DNA of 62,972 nucleotides, counting the filler. It is 14 parts of 14 records of this genome, joined end to end, with 100 filler letters (N's around TTAATTAATTAA, not from the genome) between each part and the next. Parts side by side here need not be neighbours in the genome. Positions count along the whole stretch, not along the records: positions 45,024 to 48,813 come from SRR15195285_2440; positions 48,914 to 52,010 come from SRR15195285_2441; positions 52,111 to 55,448 come from SRR15195285_2442; positions 55,549 to 59,732 come from SRR15195285_2444; 10 more parts are not named here. One strand, 5' to 3'. Positions 45,246 to 56,968 of this stretch are shown here, piece after piece (position 1 is the first letter of the stretch; each line of letters starts with the position of its first letter). The notes below the pieces were generated by a model. The model was not told where the DNA came from. It worked only from the letters and a program-made list of their open reading frames with translations, and ran no database searches. The position numbers and the translations under genes were made by a program.

Positions 45246-46607
45246 ATGTCGGTGCGGGGAGAGGAGCTCCTGGGCACGCCGCTCCCACCGGGCACGCTGC
45301 TCCGTCGGGAGCTGGTCGGGACGGGTGCCGCACGATCATCTCTCTCTTTTTTGTGGTTTCCTGTGCCGTTGGTTGTAGAGCCATTTGACACAGCGAGGTG
45401 TCTTTCCCCTGCCCGTCATCCCAACGGCCGTCTGAGCAGATGCTTTCTTGGAGCAGGGGCGGCGGCTGGCGGTCGGCGGCTGAGCCTCCTGCAGTTCAAT
45501 GTGTTGGCGGACGGGCTCAGCGGGAACTGCGAGGGGAAGGGGGGCTTCACGCTGATCCCGTCAGCTTGGCTGGACTGGGAGCAGAGGTGGCCGCTGCTGC
45601 TCAAGGTAATCCAGCAGACCGATGCCGACATTGTCGCCCTACAGGAGGTCGACCATGTGGACCAATGGGTCAAGGCCATGGACGGCCTCGGCTACGAGGG
45701 GCAGGTCAGGATCGACGAGCGCTCGCCGTGCTTGAAGGCGTCGCTCGGAGACCCGGCAACGGGTGAAAAGTTCCCGGACGCCGTCGCACTGTTCTGGCGC
45801 AGAGAGCGCCTGAGTGTGGATGAGTGCCAGCACGGTGTCGATGGCGAGTACAAGTCCAAGGTCCTGACCGCGCGGCTGCGATGTCTCGAGAGCGGATCAT
45901 ATTTCGTCGCCGTGAACATGCACCTCGACAGCAAGAAGAGTGAGAAGGGAGTGCGGATACGAGCAGAGCAGAGCCGCAACTTGTTGTCTGAAGTGTCCGC
46001 GTTTGCCCAGCACGAGGCCAAGCCGGCGGCAGCGGTGCTTATTGCAGGAGACCTCAACGCGACGCGCGCGGAGGAGTGCCACAGCTCCATCTTGCAGGCG
46101 GACTTTGGCGACCGGCTCGGCGCCATTAGGGATGCATATGCGGACGCGGGATTCTCTGAGGACTTCACGTCCCTCAAGATCCGCACGGGCTCATACAAGG
46201 CGGGCAAGGCGAAGTAAGGCCTCATGCGTGCAAGCCCCCTCCACTGCGATATAGTCTTGTTGTGTCCTGACCAACGAGCCCCGCCGGTCTGGCGCTTGCT
46301 GGCCTGCAGGTACGCAGTCGATCACATATTCCACTCAGAGTGTGGGGTCTCAGCTGCAGCTGTGCTGAAGCTCTCGACGGAGGAGGAGGTTGGCGAAAAT
46401 GGCCTCCCGAGCGTGAACTGGCCTAGCGATCACCTCTCGCTGTACGTGGAGTTTGCGCTGTCTGGAGATTCATGGGCTAGCATCGACGAGGCTGGTGCGC
46501 AAGCTGGGCTCTCGCGATGGTCTCAGACAATCGTGCATGTGACTTGCTCACTCCTCTGTAGCTCGAGTCTCACGCACACACTGCAGCATCGGCGAGGTCC
46601 TATCTGA
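45246..46607 (+). CDS. Nocturnin/CCR4-like EEP-family phosphatase; intron 46214-46309 and probably 45325-45456
   Basis: LQFNVLADGL, LDWEQR, DIVALQEVDH, HLDSK, IAGDLNA, FTSLKIR, VDHIF, LPSVNWPSDHLSL; 3' end approximate. Confidence 0.85.
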
Positions 46608-46867
46608 CAGCAAATCTTGTCGTGCGAACAGGTGATGAGGTTGCTGAGACACAAGCGCCCTCCGAGGCAGATGATGAAGTGGCACCAAAGCGACCTTGTG
46701 CTGGCCTGGGAAATTCCACATCGTCATCATAATCGGCCCGACAAAATCGTCACAGCTCGCCAAGGACGCTGGTCCACGTGTTGTTGCTATAGCTAGTCTC
46801 AGATTATAGTGACAATGGACCAATAACCGGTAATATGATGTCAGGAACTCGTCCCGTCATGTGCCAT

Positions 46868-47967
46868 TTATTTCGGCGCATGCCCTTCGTTGGCTGAATT
46901 CCTGTTGGTATCGGCCGCGCCCTCGTAAGGGCCTCCTGGACCGGTCTTCTGCACCGCCAGAGCTACTGTCTCACCAATGTTCAGCACCGCGTGGTGATAC
47001 CCAGCCGGGACGAACACTGTCTCTCCAGCAGCTTGAATGCATTCATCCATCTCAGCTATTCGCATCGCTTCTTGGACCTCTGGCAATGGGTAGACTTCCC
47101 GGAGCCAGCTTGACATGCGGATGTCCTGGCCGTAACCTGTGCGCTCTCCGCCGAGTGCGACCTTCAGCGCTCGAAACTGGGTCTCGTTCATGTCCTCATA
47201 GTTAGGCTGATTGGTCAGAAGCATGCAATCATCAGAACATCGACGCATCACAGATGGAGCGCAGACAACACTAGCCGAGGCACGGCAAAGGACGTAATGG
47301 TAGCACTCACGCATGTAAACCACCGCTTGCTGCCGTAGACGACCGCATTTATGGCCGCATCGTGATAGTGGAAGCCGAGTCCTTCACTCGAGGGACCCAC
47401 GCTGAAGGTGAGGTGGCTCCATGCCGATGCTGATGGTTCAAACGGCGCCGGCAAAACAAAGTCATCGTGCAAACTAGGATAGTCCTGAAAGACTGTCGAA
47501 CGGTCGAACGTATATCGACCTCGCATGCCACTGTGCACGAAGTCACCTAGCCGCTGGCGCTGCCGTCCAGTCCCTCCACTAACTGTCTCAGGGCCTTCAC
47601 GGCCCATCGCGAGGCTGTCTCCGACCCACACCTCAATGGAGCCGTGGAGACGCACGAGCTCGTCTTTCCTCCACCGTTCCCGCGCGCGCCAGCCAGCCTG
47701 CAGATCGACGATGATGACAGGCTCCGTGGGGTCGTCCTCCAGATCAGCCAACCGGACACGACGCAAGGTGCACTGCGCCGGGAAGGCAGCGGCATCAACA
47801 TCGCCGGACGACGATTGCTGGCGAATGCCCTCAGCTGACAGCAAAAGAGGGGACGCTGCATCCTCCGGGCGCCAGCCACCACTCCTCTGCGATCTATCAG
47901 CATCGAACCCAGCGAGTCCACAGGACAGCAGAACCACTGCGGACGCAGCGAGCAGCTTGGCAATCAC
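46868..47967 (-). CDS. JmjC-domain 2OG/Fe(II) oxygenase (JMJD8-like, with signal sequence); intron 47207-47310; true start probably in an upstream exon
   Basis: EPVIIV, W.KDEL, FSVGPSSEGLGFHYHDAAINAVVYGSKRW, CIQAAGETVFVPAGYHHAVLNIGETVA. Confidence 0.85.
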
Positions 47968-48813
47968 CTGCCCTTACCCCACATGCACGTTGGGCAATAT
48001 ATAGTTTAGTAACCCAAACATGTCAAATTGCCGTGTGTTGCTTAGCTTGGATCGCACGCGCGAGCCATGTTTAAAGAAGTTCTGGGAGATTCCATCAATC
48101 ATTGCACGGCTCTAAGAGTACAGCTGAGTTACCACTGAGGATGGCCGGCCCTCGAGCAGCTCAGCTGGGCTCATCGTTCCCTCACCCGTGCAACGCTGGC
48201 GGTGAGACAGGACGGCAGAGAACGCTACTTGCCTGTTGCGGTTGCATCGATATTAGCTTTCGATCACAAGATAGACCCGCGCGCCTCGTGCAGCCGGCGG
48301 TGGATCGGCGATGCGTGCTTAGTAGGATCAAGACGAAAGTCATCACGAGCGTACTCACCGGTCTCCGCACCGGCGCGACAACCCTTCAGGCCAGCTGACT
48401 GGCCTATGCACCCTTCCCCTTCCCGTTAGTCCCATCCACATCCCCTCGCAGCCCGCCGAGCAGTCCGCCGGGTAGCAGCAGCGTGATCGCCAGCATCCAA
48501 CTCGCCGTGCGGAACTGCTGCCCCACGCACATTACGCGCGCGTATCTACTCAAGTCGAGAATACAATGCGTACGGGCGCGCGCGCATTAGGTGTAGATGC
48601 AAAACCAATCATATTGACGTTGCGTCAGAACTGGCACAAATTTCATTCCTATTTGATTGATTATATGGGATAATGGTACCAGAGGAAGTACGAGTAAAAA
48701 TGTTCTCAAATTCAGGTTTGTAGCAGAGATGTAGCCTTCGCGCCGGCGGTGAGCGAAGCGTGCCCAGATTGAAATGAAATTAAGTTTGAGTTACCATGTC
48801 GGGTTGTGAACCG

Positions 48814-48913
48814 NNNNNNNNNNNNNNNNNNNNNNNNNNNNNNNNNNNNNNNNNNNNTTAATTAATTAANNNNNNNNNNNNNNNNNNNNNNNNNNNNNNN
48901 NNNNNNNNNNNNN
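48814..48913. other. Artificial contig linker
   Basis: 44N-TTAATTAATTAA-44N. Confidence 0.99.
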
Positions 48914-50876
48914 GATGGAGATGGAGTTCGCCCAGTTCATGCACTTCGGTGTGAACACCTTCTGGAATGCGTCCGAGGAGTATCTCCGTGGGGGCAACCC
49001 GACGTTCCACAACTGCTACTGGGGGGTGGACCCGGCCGGTCCTGACGCGCAGACCGGGGACTACTATCCGTGCCTCGACCCGAAGATCTTCAACCCAACC
49101 GACTTGAACTGCGACGACTGGATGCGAGCAGCAAAGGCTCTCGGCACCAAGGAGATTTGTCTTACTGCCCAGCACGAAGGTGATGGGCACATTCGTTTTT
49201 GAATTCTGCAGTCTGATCCTTGTAAAATAATGCAACAGAACGCTGATTCACTGGCGTGCTCAATTCCATAGGTGGCTTCGCACTGTGGCCGTCCAACTAC
49301 ACGAACTACTCTGTTGCTGCCTCGCCATGGAAGAGTGGGAAGGGTGACGTCCTACGGGAGTTTGCCGATGCAGCCAACCGGTGGGGTATAAAGATTTGTT
49401 ACTACCTGCAGGCGGCCGACGACGGCTGGGGGATGTATCACCGGGAGCCCAAATACACTGCCGCTACATTTCTCGAGACCACACTTGGCAAGCTACGCGA
49501 GGTGCTGACAGAGTACGGCCCTGTCAACAGGTTTTGGTTTGACGGGGATGGTTTTGGCGGCACAAACAACGCCAGTACAAGCCGAAACATGCCAGCGGAA
49601 TTCAATGTGAATGACACGCTTCTTTGGGAACCAGTCTTCAACTTGATCCGCGAAATCTCCCCACAAACGCTGCTCGGGCCAAAGAAGGTACGAAAGGCAA
49701 CATTTGCCTTCTGCACCACTTTGTTATTGTGTGCATGTGCTGTCCTGTAGGGCGACTACTGTCAGAGTAACGGCGGCAGATACACGCTGTATGTCAACAA
49801 CAATCTGCCCGGCGCCAACAATGGCACCAATACAGACTTTTGCACCTTCCCGAATGCATCAGGGCTCAACTTTTCGCCGTTGGAGTCGCACGGTGTAACC
49901 ATTCAGGAGGGCGACGACGGCAACACGAACGCGCTACCGACATATTGGTTCTGGCACCCATGGGCTTGCGCGGGAAACAAGACCGGCTGCCCTTGGGAAG
50001 GTCATTCAAACGCGAGCCGGTTGCTGCAGAACTGGATTGGGGTGAGGCAAGAATGATAGTGGCCACTTGCTTGTCTTTCACATAGGGAACATTTTTGGTT
50101 TACTTGTGTGGACGGTGCATGATAGACTGTCGGGCATGGCAGCGTACTTACGGCAAACATCCCGCCAGAACGGACAGGGAGAATGAACGTGTCTGTAGCG
50201 AAGGTGATGGCTCAGGTCGGCGCTGCCATCAACCACACGTTCCACCTCCGGCACGTCGGCCCGAAAATAACCAGTCGTAAGGGGGCATGCAAAGACAACT
50301 TCGCCGAAATCCATGCACCAGCAGGAGGTGAGTACATTCGTGCGCTAGGGCGACGCTTTTCCGCTACCTTGTGCTACAACGGTGCGTCCCGATGGAAAGG
50401 CTAACTCGGTGGACTTCTGCCTTCTCCACCCGCTAGGCAACCTCGATTTTGACTACATCATGAGCATGGAGAATCTGGAGAACGGCCAAATCATTGCCAA
50501 CTACTCGGTGGAGTATTCGCGTGCGTCTTCGCCTGGCAAGTGGGAGATGCTCGTGCAAGCTGGTGGCGACTGCGGTCCGCACCCGGGTGTTAGCCAGCAT
50601 TGCTACGGCGGCATTCGGCTTGGGACAGCGGTCGGGGATCCAGTTGCTGGTTATTTTCCGCGCGACCAGCACATTGGTTCTCGACGGATTGATGTCCCGC
50701 AAAACACTTCTACCTGGCACTCTCATGGTGGTAAGGACGTCGTTGCTGTGCGGTTCAACTGCCTGGCGGCGTATGGCGGGCTACCGATTGAGCTAAGGAG
50801 CTTCAGCCTGCACAAGAAATGCTTCGAGTGGGAAGGGTGCGACGGTATCGCTTCGGACGCCGCGACAGACGTGTGA
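48914..50876 (+). CDS. 5'-partial GH29 alpha-L-fucosidase, 4 introns
   Basis: FMHFGVNTF, FNPTDLNCDDW, LTAQHEG|GFALWPS, GDVLREFADA, EVLTEYGPVNRFWFDG, TVGHGSVLTANIPP, ENLENGQII..IGSRRI. Confidence 0.9.
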
Positions 50877-51226
50877 CTGTGAGAGCTGAGACCCCAATAA
50901 TATCTTCTATGAGTTTACGCTGGTGTGCAAACACCCACCGTTTGTCATCCCCGCAGACGAGTTGGTGCTCTTTCAGAAATGCTGGATCTGGCCAGGTCTC
51001 GTCAACCAGTTTCTTGCATAGGCGTATTTGCATTGGCGCGCTGATGTTCCGCTTGTTATTGTAGCCTAGGCGCTTGCCGGCCATCTGTTTGTCATGACCT
51101 GCACAGCGGCAAAGATTTGTACCAGGCTTTCCCACAGCAGTATCTGGATTGAGACGGTGGCGAGCAATCTGCAGACGTGCCTTAATCTTAAGAATTGTGT
51201 ATTGACATTCCCTCAACTGGTAATTG

Positions 51227-51400
51227 TCACACCCAGCTCAACAGGCCGAAGCGCAGTGATATCTTGACGCAGCGGCTTTTGAAGATGAACAGAAGCGTGC
51301 TGCCGACCGTCGCAACGCAGATGGTGATGAAGTGGCTGCAATCGTTGGGCGTCCACAGGTCGAAGCCTATGAGCGGCGGTGGTGAGACGACCTCGCTCAT
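51227..51400 (-). CDS. Possible 57-aa single-TM small protein (or remnant of one)
   Basis: MSEVVSPPPLIGFDLWTPNDCSHFITICVATVGSTLLFIFKSRCVKISLRFGLLSWV; below the ORF-track length cutoff. Confidence 0.35.
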   Translation of the reverse strand: MSEVVSPPPLIGFDLWTPNDCSHFITICVATVGSTLLFIFKSRCVKISLRFGLLSWV

Positions 51401-51525
51401 GGTTCACTGTAGCTCGATATACAGTAGACCAAGCACACACACACCACGCGCGCACACACACGCACACACAAGCAAACTCGAGGCCAAGCACTGCGCGGTA
51501 GGACGCGGCTGCATAAAACACGAAA

Positions 51526-51587
51526 TTGACTATATTGACAATCATTGACATTGACATTGACATTGACACTGACACTGACATTGACAT
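51526..51587. repeat. (GACAYT)n hexamer microsatellite
   Basis: ttgacattgacattgacattgacactgacactgacattgac. Confidence 0.9.
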
Positions 51588-51685
51588 GCCACTCAATCAT
51601 GATCTCGTTGCGGCTCTGGCTTCGGCTCCATTGGTGCAATACCATGTGTGCTCAAATACTTCTGACCACTTCATCGTACAGCTCC

Positions 51686-52010
51686 TCACTGTACCGGTAA
51701 GGTTGCTTGCAACTGGGCGATCTGGTTCTCGAGCGTCTCAAGACGCCTCAACTTCAGCGAGGCCTTGTCGACTTTCTCATCCATTTCCTTGATCATCGCC
51801 TTCGTTTGTTGGGCATTAGCCTTCATCATCAGCCGCATCTCTTTCATCCGCCCCGCCCATTCCGCCGCCTCGTCCTCGCCACCCATCACTGGTTGTAGCA
51901 CGTGGAGATAGCGTGGAAAGTAGAGAGAATCATGGCGCTCCGCCTGGCTCATGTGGAAGCGCTCGATCTGACAAATCGTGGTGGCCCGAGTGATAGTGCC
52001 CTGTACGATA
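51686..52010 (-). CDS. 5'-partial C-terminal tail of a probable TRP-like ion channel
   Basis: RATTICQIE..YFPRYLHVL..EWAGRMKEM followed by a coiled coil; transmembrane region not present in this contig. Confidence 0.5.
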
Positions 52011-52110
52011 NNNNNNNNNNNNNNNNNNNNNNNNNNNNNNNNNNNNNNNNNNNNTTAATTAATTAANNNNNNNNNNNNNNNNNNNNNNNNNNNNNNNNNN
52101 NNNNNNNNNN
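52011..52110. other. Artificial contig linker
   Basis: 44N-TTAATTAATTAA-44N. Confidence 0.99.
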
Positions 52111-55100
52111 CAGGCCCGCGATCCTTTTTGTCTGGACTAGGACTACGAGACTGGTTAATCGGCCCAAATCTGTCATGGGGGGTACGCCTTCGTAGACCAG
52201 GCACTGCCCGCAAATTTCGATCACGATTTCTACTTCTGGCGAAACTTTCCACCGCTCCCTCTATGTTCTTCGGTCTGCTGATAACTCGCGCCGTATATTT
52301 ATGAGTTTCTGTCAAGCGTGTGGTTTTTTGGGTGTTTTTTTGCTGCCGTGTCAATGCGATAAGTGCAGACTCTCCGGCTGGGACACCAAACGAACGCGGA
52401 GTGTTTCTGTAGTACTGATCTTGTTCTTCAGTGGCCGTCCGAATGATATCTGCAAGTGTCGCTTCGTACTCGCGCCAACCGCGCGGTGTCCTAACTGGCC
52501 TGCACCATCTTTCGCGCTCTTTCACAAAGTGCATCGAATTTGACAGTAATTCGCTTAGCTTCATCCGGACAATGTAAGGAAACGCGTCTTTCTTAATTTC
52601 ATTGCTCATCATGCCCTTCCACATGGTTACGCACACTCCCAAGCCAAATAGAAGGGTATCGCACAGTGCGAACATCGCGACTACATCGAAGTGGTGGCTT
52701 ACTAGCGAGCATTTGCCCAGCTCAGAGATATACTCGCAGCCGTCCCTTTCATTGCACTTTTCCGACCGATCCGCACGTTCGGACAAGCTTTGAACAGCCT
52801 GAACGCAACAGCTGTTGCTTTCGCATGGAACATCCGTTTGTAGCCGAGAGTTCAGTACGCAGTAGCCTGCTGACACCTCCAAGTCCCACGATGAATCTCC
52901 CGAGTTTTCAGGTTTCCAGGTGCAAGCTGGCAGGCTCTCTGCCGCAAACATGTGGGTACAAGATTCTTCGGTCGTGAGCACAGCGCACAACCATCCATAA
53001 TCGGTAGCGTCGATTGAACTTGATGACCCGAGAGTCGTCTTCAGCACAATCTTGTAAACGATTACGTACAAGAAGAGGCATAGCACTGCTGCAAAACACC
53101 ACGCCACAGAGACTTGTAGATATTTTGATTGCTTCCACTTGTACGACTGAAGGTATAGCCTCATCTTGTTCCATGCTTCTACATTGCCTGGTGTATGTAA
53201 GTCGAACTTCGGCAAGAGTCCCCAGTGATCTTCAAGTTTTTCGTCACGGATCGTGGACCACGGTGTAATTTGAACGAAGTACAGCATGTGCCAATAGCGT
53301 TCAAAGTAGTCTAGTTCGCATCTGGCTAGCCGAGATAGCAGTTTGAAGGCGAGGGCGGCATTGACAACCATACAAATGACATGTAGAGTTCCCGTCGTCC
53401 ACGACGAAAAGAAGCAGTGGTGAGCACGATCGAACGCATTTCGAATAGCAACGTTCTCCACAGAGCACCCGCCACCCAGACCATCCGGCAGAATGGCGTG
53501 AAAAAATGGTATCGCTCCATGCAAAACTGACAACCAAAAGATCCAGCGGAACCGACTGCGCGCATGGACCAGTCTACGGGCGCGTGCAAGTTTGATAATC
53601 ATGTCCGAGATGGTGCGGCTGCCGACACAACAGATCAGCTGCTCTGTGGCATCTGGAATTGAGTCCTCAGTGATGTCCGGAATTGGATTGTTGCTCTTAC
53701 CTTCGCCCATGTCATCGAGTCTGTATACATCTGTCTCTTGCTCCCGCAATGCTTCAATGTCGATCTCGACAAGTGGCTCTTGGAAAAAGGCCTTGAAATC
53801 GTTGCGTCTGAACTTCTGGAATATGACTCCTTCGACGAAAGTTTGTTGCAGCTCATCTCTTCGCAGCCTGTCGCGGGCATCGAACGGACTGTCATGATTC
53901 CTGCCACCTTTGATTTGATACTCTTTTCCGAGTTCGACCATAAACTTTTTCATATTACTCCCCACGCACCAGAGAGCCACACAAAGTAGATATTTTTGCA
54001 CCTGAATGCGAGCGTTCTCCCACGAATCTACCAGGCGGCGACAATGAAACTCCGCCCCGCGGGCAGTTTTTAATTGTGTGTTCCATCGATAGACATTGCG
54101 GTACCACTTGTCATCACGCATTTCTTGCAAGCTATCAGTAGCACTGAAACTGGCCGTTTCATGCGCTTGGATTAGTGCAACGAAAAGATACATGAACAGC
54201 GGCATATACACCTCACTCCTTGCGACACCTTGAATGTTGCGAGGATCTAGACCCCAACCATCAGGAAGTATACCAATGATGGTACCATCAATGGTAGCAT
54301 TGTTCTCTGCACGTAGTACTGCGACGCTGTCATGGTACCCGCAAAGAGCCACGATCAGACCGATGAAAACTAGTGTTCCCCAGACAAACGCCTCAAACTG
54401 CAACAACCGTATCTCAACGCATTCCTTTTCGTCGTCGATATTCGGCAACATCCCAAACCACGCAGCAGGATTTACGTTGAGCTTGCGTTCTGTGGTAACA
54501 ACGAAGCGATATTTGTGAACGGGTGTAACCGTGAGATCTAACAGCTGATCACCCGGCTGATCACCCACGACCCACTCTTTTTCTGGAGGCCCGTCGGAAT
54601 AACGTCCTGAAGATTTATAGAGCGGCAGCAAGTCGCCTGTCCTCTTGTCTGTATTTTCCGCTAAAGTACTTGAGATCCACCATACACCGTCCTCAGTATC
54701 CTCAAGTGAGTTATGCCACAAAACCATATCCTTTCCTGCTTTCACATATGCAACCTTGCTGTTTCCTTTGGCGCCTTCCCTCAGCTCGTATACTCCTGAG
54801 ACATCGTGCGCAACGTCGTTCATCTGTACGTCGTAGGCTGCACAAATGCACAAGACGTGAGTACTAAGGAAGAGGTACAAACACTGGATGAGATGGCTGT
54901 ACCAATCTTCATGGTCTGATTCTCAGACGAATGTTCGAAATCTTCGCTTGCTCGCCAGTATTCGTCATTCGCGGGGTCGGGCACAGTCATCCTCAGCTCA
55001 GCAAAAGGGTCTTCCGAGCGACGACTGATGCTCTCGCTATTGCTTCGACTGAATGTCTGTACGAGTCTGTCTTTTGCAGCACTTGTCTCTTTTACCTCCA

Positions 55101-55448
55101 AACGAAACCGAAGCCCTGCGGAATCGGGACTGCTGCAACAAGTACCGACTGAGGACGTAGGCACCCACTTCCTGTCGTGCATCCACTTGCCGTCATCGGC
55201 CATATGGGCAGTCATTTGCCACGTCTCAGCGGGACAAATATCACGCTCAGTGTCACATCCAGAGTCCTTCTTCTTTGCATCATCATGCAACCAAGATAGT
55301 GGGAAAACTTCTCCATTGGTTGGTCTAATCGCGATGCCAGGCTTGAACTTTTCACGAGTGTCAGCGTTTCTGATCTGCACGCCGGCGTTGTCATGTTCGG
55401 CTCTATCCGGGTTTCCACTCGCCACTTTCCCTATTGAAGGCCCCCCCA
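52111..55448 (-). CDS. Multi-pass membrane protein, partial at both ends, with PHTF-like C-terminal region and Cys-rich loop; intron about 54837-54877
   Basis: More than 1000 codons; 6-7 hydrophobic segments; LPKFDLHTPGNVEAWNKMRLYL resembles the PHTF-family motif. Confidence 0.65.
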
Positions 55449-55548
55449 NNNNNNNNNNNNNNNNNNNNNNNNNNNNNNNNNNNNNNNNNNNNTTAATTAA
55501 TTAANNNNNNNNNNNNNNNNNNNNNNNNNNNNNNNNNNNNNNNNNNNN
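55449..55548. other. Artificial contig linker
   Basis: 44N-TTAATTAATTAA-44N. Confidence 0.99.
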
Positions 55549-55559
55549 CGCTGGGCGAG

Positions 55560-56732
55560 ATGGCGCCGCCGGCCAAGAACCGCACGCCTGCGTTCGCGGG
55601 GCAGGACGCCACGCCACAGTTGGGCTGGCGGGCGAACCCCAACACAAGCGATCCGCATCCGAACCGGCAGGGCGCATGGCCGGAGGACGACAGCGTCTTC
55701 GCTCCGAAGTTGCCATTCGGTGACCCACAGGCCCCGGAGGTCGTTGCTCTGCGCGAGCATATGGCGGCCAACAACGGCATCGACGGCCTGGAGGTAATCG
55801 ATGGGCAGGCCGTGCTGCAAGACGATGAGCTCGCCAAGCGAGCGGCCGAGATCTTTCACCGCGACGGTTTCGTGGCAGTGTCCAAGGCTTTGGTCGGAGA
55901 CGATCTCACTCGAATGCAGGCCGCTTCCGACCGCAAGATCCGGGAGATGATGGCCCTCGATCCGCAGCGCGTCGGTAACCGGAACTCGCATCGCTACTCC
56001 TTCGGCGGCGCCAGCCACACCGGACACTGCTCGCACGAGCCCGAGTGGGCCGAGCTCCTCTTTGATAATGAGGTCACACGTCGCATCATGCACCACATCT
56101 TCAACTCAGACAACTACATCTGCCGCGGGGGCGGCGGTGATTTCTGCCTCGCGGGCTCTGTCGAATATCAGGGTCTGCACCAAGACATGGGCGACCCTGT
56201 CGGGAATGCTGACCCGAGTGAACATCCGACAGTGGGCATCCGCGACGGCCCGCCGCCTGCCTGCACCTGTAACTATGCTATGCAGGACCTCACGCCGATC
56301 AACGGACCGATCCGTCAGATTCCGGGCACCCAGACCGCCCGGGGAGTGGGCGGGACCTTCAACGCGCCAAACGTTGGCGCAGAGCCCGAGTGGATGAAGA
56401 TGTCGACAGTGCTCGTCCCTGCCGGCTCCTGTGTGATGCGCGACGTTCGGTGCTGGCATGGCGGAACTCCAAATCTCTCTGACGTGGAGCGTGCCCTCCC
56501 AAATGCTGAGTTTATCGCTCCGTGGTTCTGGGAGAACATGGCGCACACGATGCCACGCGAGGTATACGACAAACTGAGCCCGCACGGTCAGCTCACTTGC
56601 CGTTTTATCGCGGCTGACGTGGACGAGGAGATCGCGACCGGCTACCGTCAGAGCGCTGAGGCGCAAGGCGGGTTCGAGAAGGCAGCGTACGAGACCATGC
56701 AGACGCTTCAGGTACAAGAAGCGAAGCTGTAG
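55560..56732 (+). CDS. Phytanoyl-CoA dioxygenase (PhyH) family protein
   Basis: FHRDGFVAV, QGLHQD, DLTPINGPIRQIPGT, PAGSCVMRDVRCWHGGTPN..R. Confidence 0.88.
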   Translation: MAPPAKNRTPAFAGQDATPQLGWRANPNTSDPHPNRQGAWPEDDSVFAPKLPFGDPQAPEVVALREHMAANNGIDGLEVIDGQAVLQDDELAKRAAEIFHRDGFVAVSKALVGDDLTRMQAASDRKIREMMALDPQRVGNRNSHRYSFGGASHTGHCSHEPEWAELLFDNEVTRRIMHHIFNSDNYICRGGGGDFCLAGSVEYQGLHQDMGDPVGNADPSEHPTVGIRDGPPPACTCNYAMQDLTPINGPIRQIPGTQTARGVGGTFNAPNVGAEPEWMKMSTVLVPAGSCVMRDVRCWHGGTPNLSDVERALPNAEFIAPWFWENMAHTMPREVYDKLSPHGQLTCRFIAADVDEEIATGYRQSAEAQGGFEKAAYETMQTLQVQEAKL

Positions 56733-56968
56733 TTGGAAGTGCTCCGCTCCAATGCAGCAAACAGTAAAATGTTGGGGCTGAAGTTCCTGTGACGCAAATC
56801 TTGCACGTGCGTTCACGCGGAAGTCTCGGTGGATTGATACAGTACACTAGTTCTGGAGCGCTCACCGAGCTACACTCGCTGTACGCATGGTGTCGATGCA
56901 ACAACAGCAGTGATCAAGCATGCACACTGGAATTGACCGGCCGTATCATGCCTTCTTCCAATGCGCGC

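Noticed and set aside
51213-51792. ORFs with MSMSVSVS / IDIDIDTD repeats
   Set aside because: They are translations of a non-coding hexamer microsatellite.
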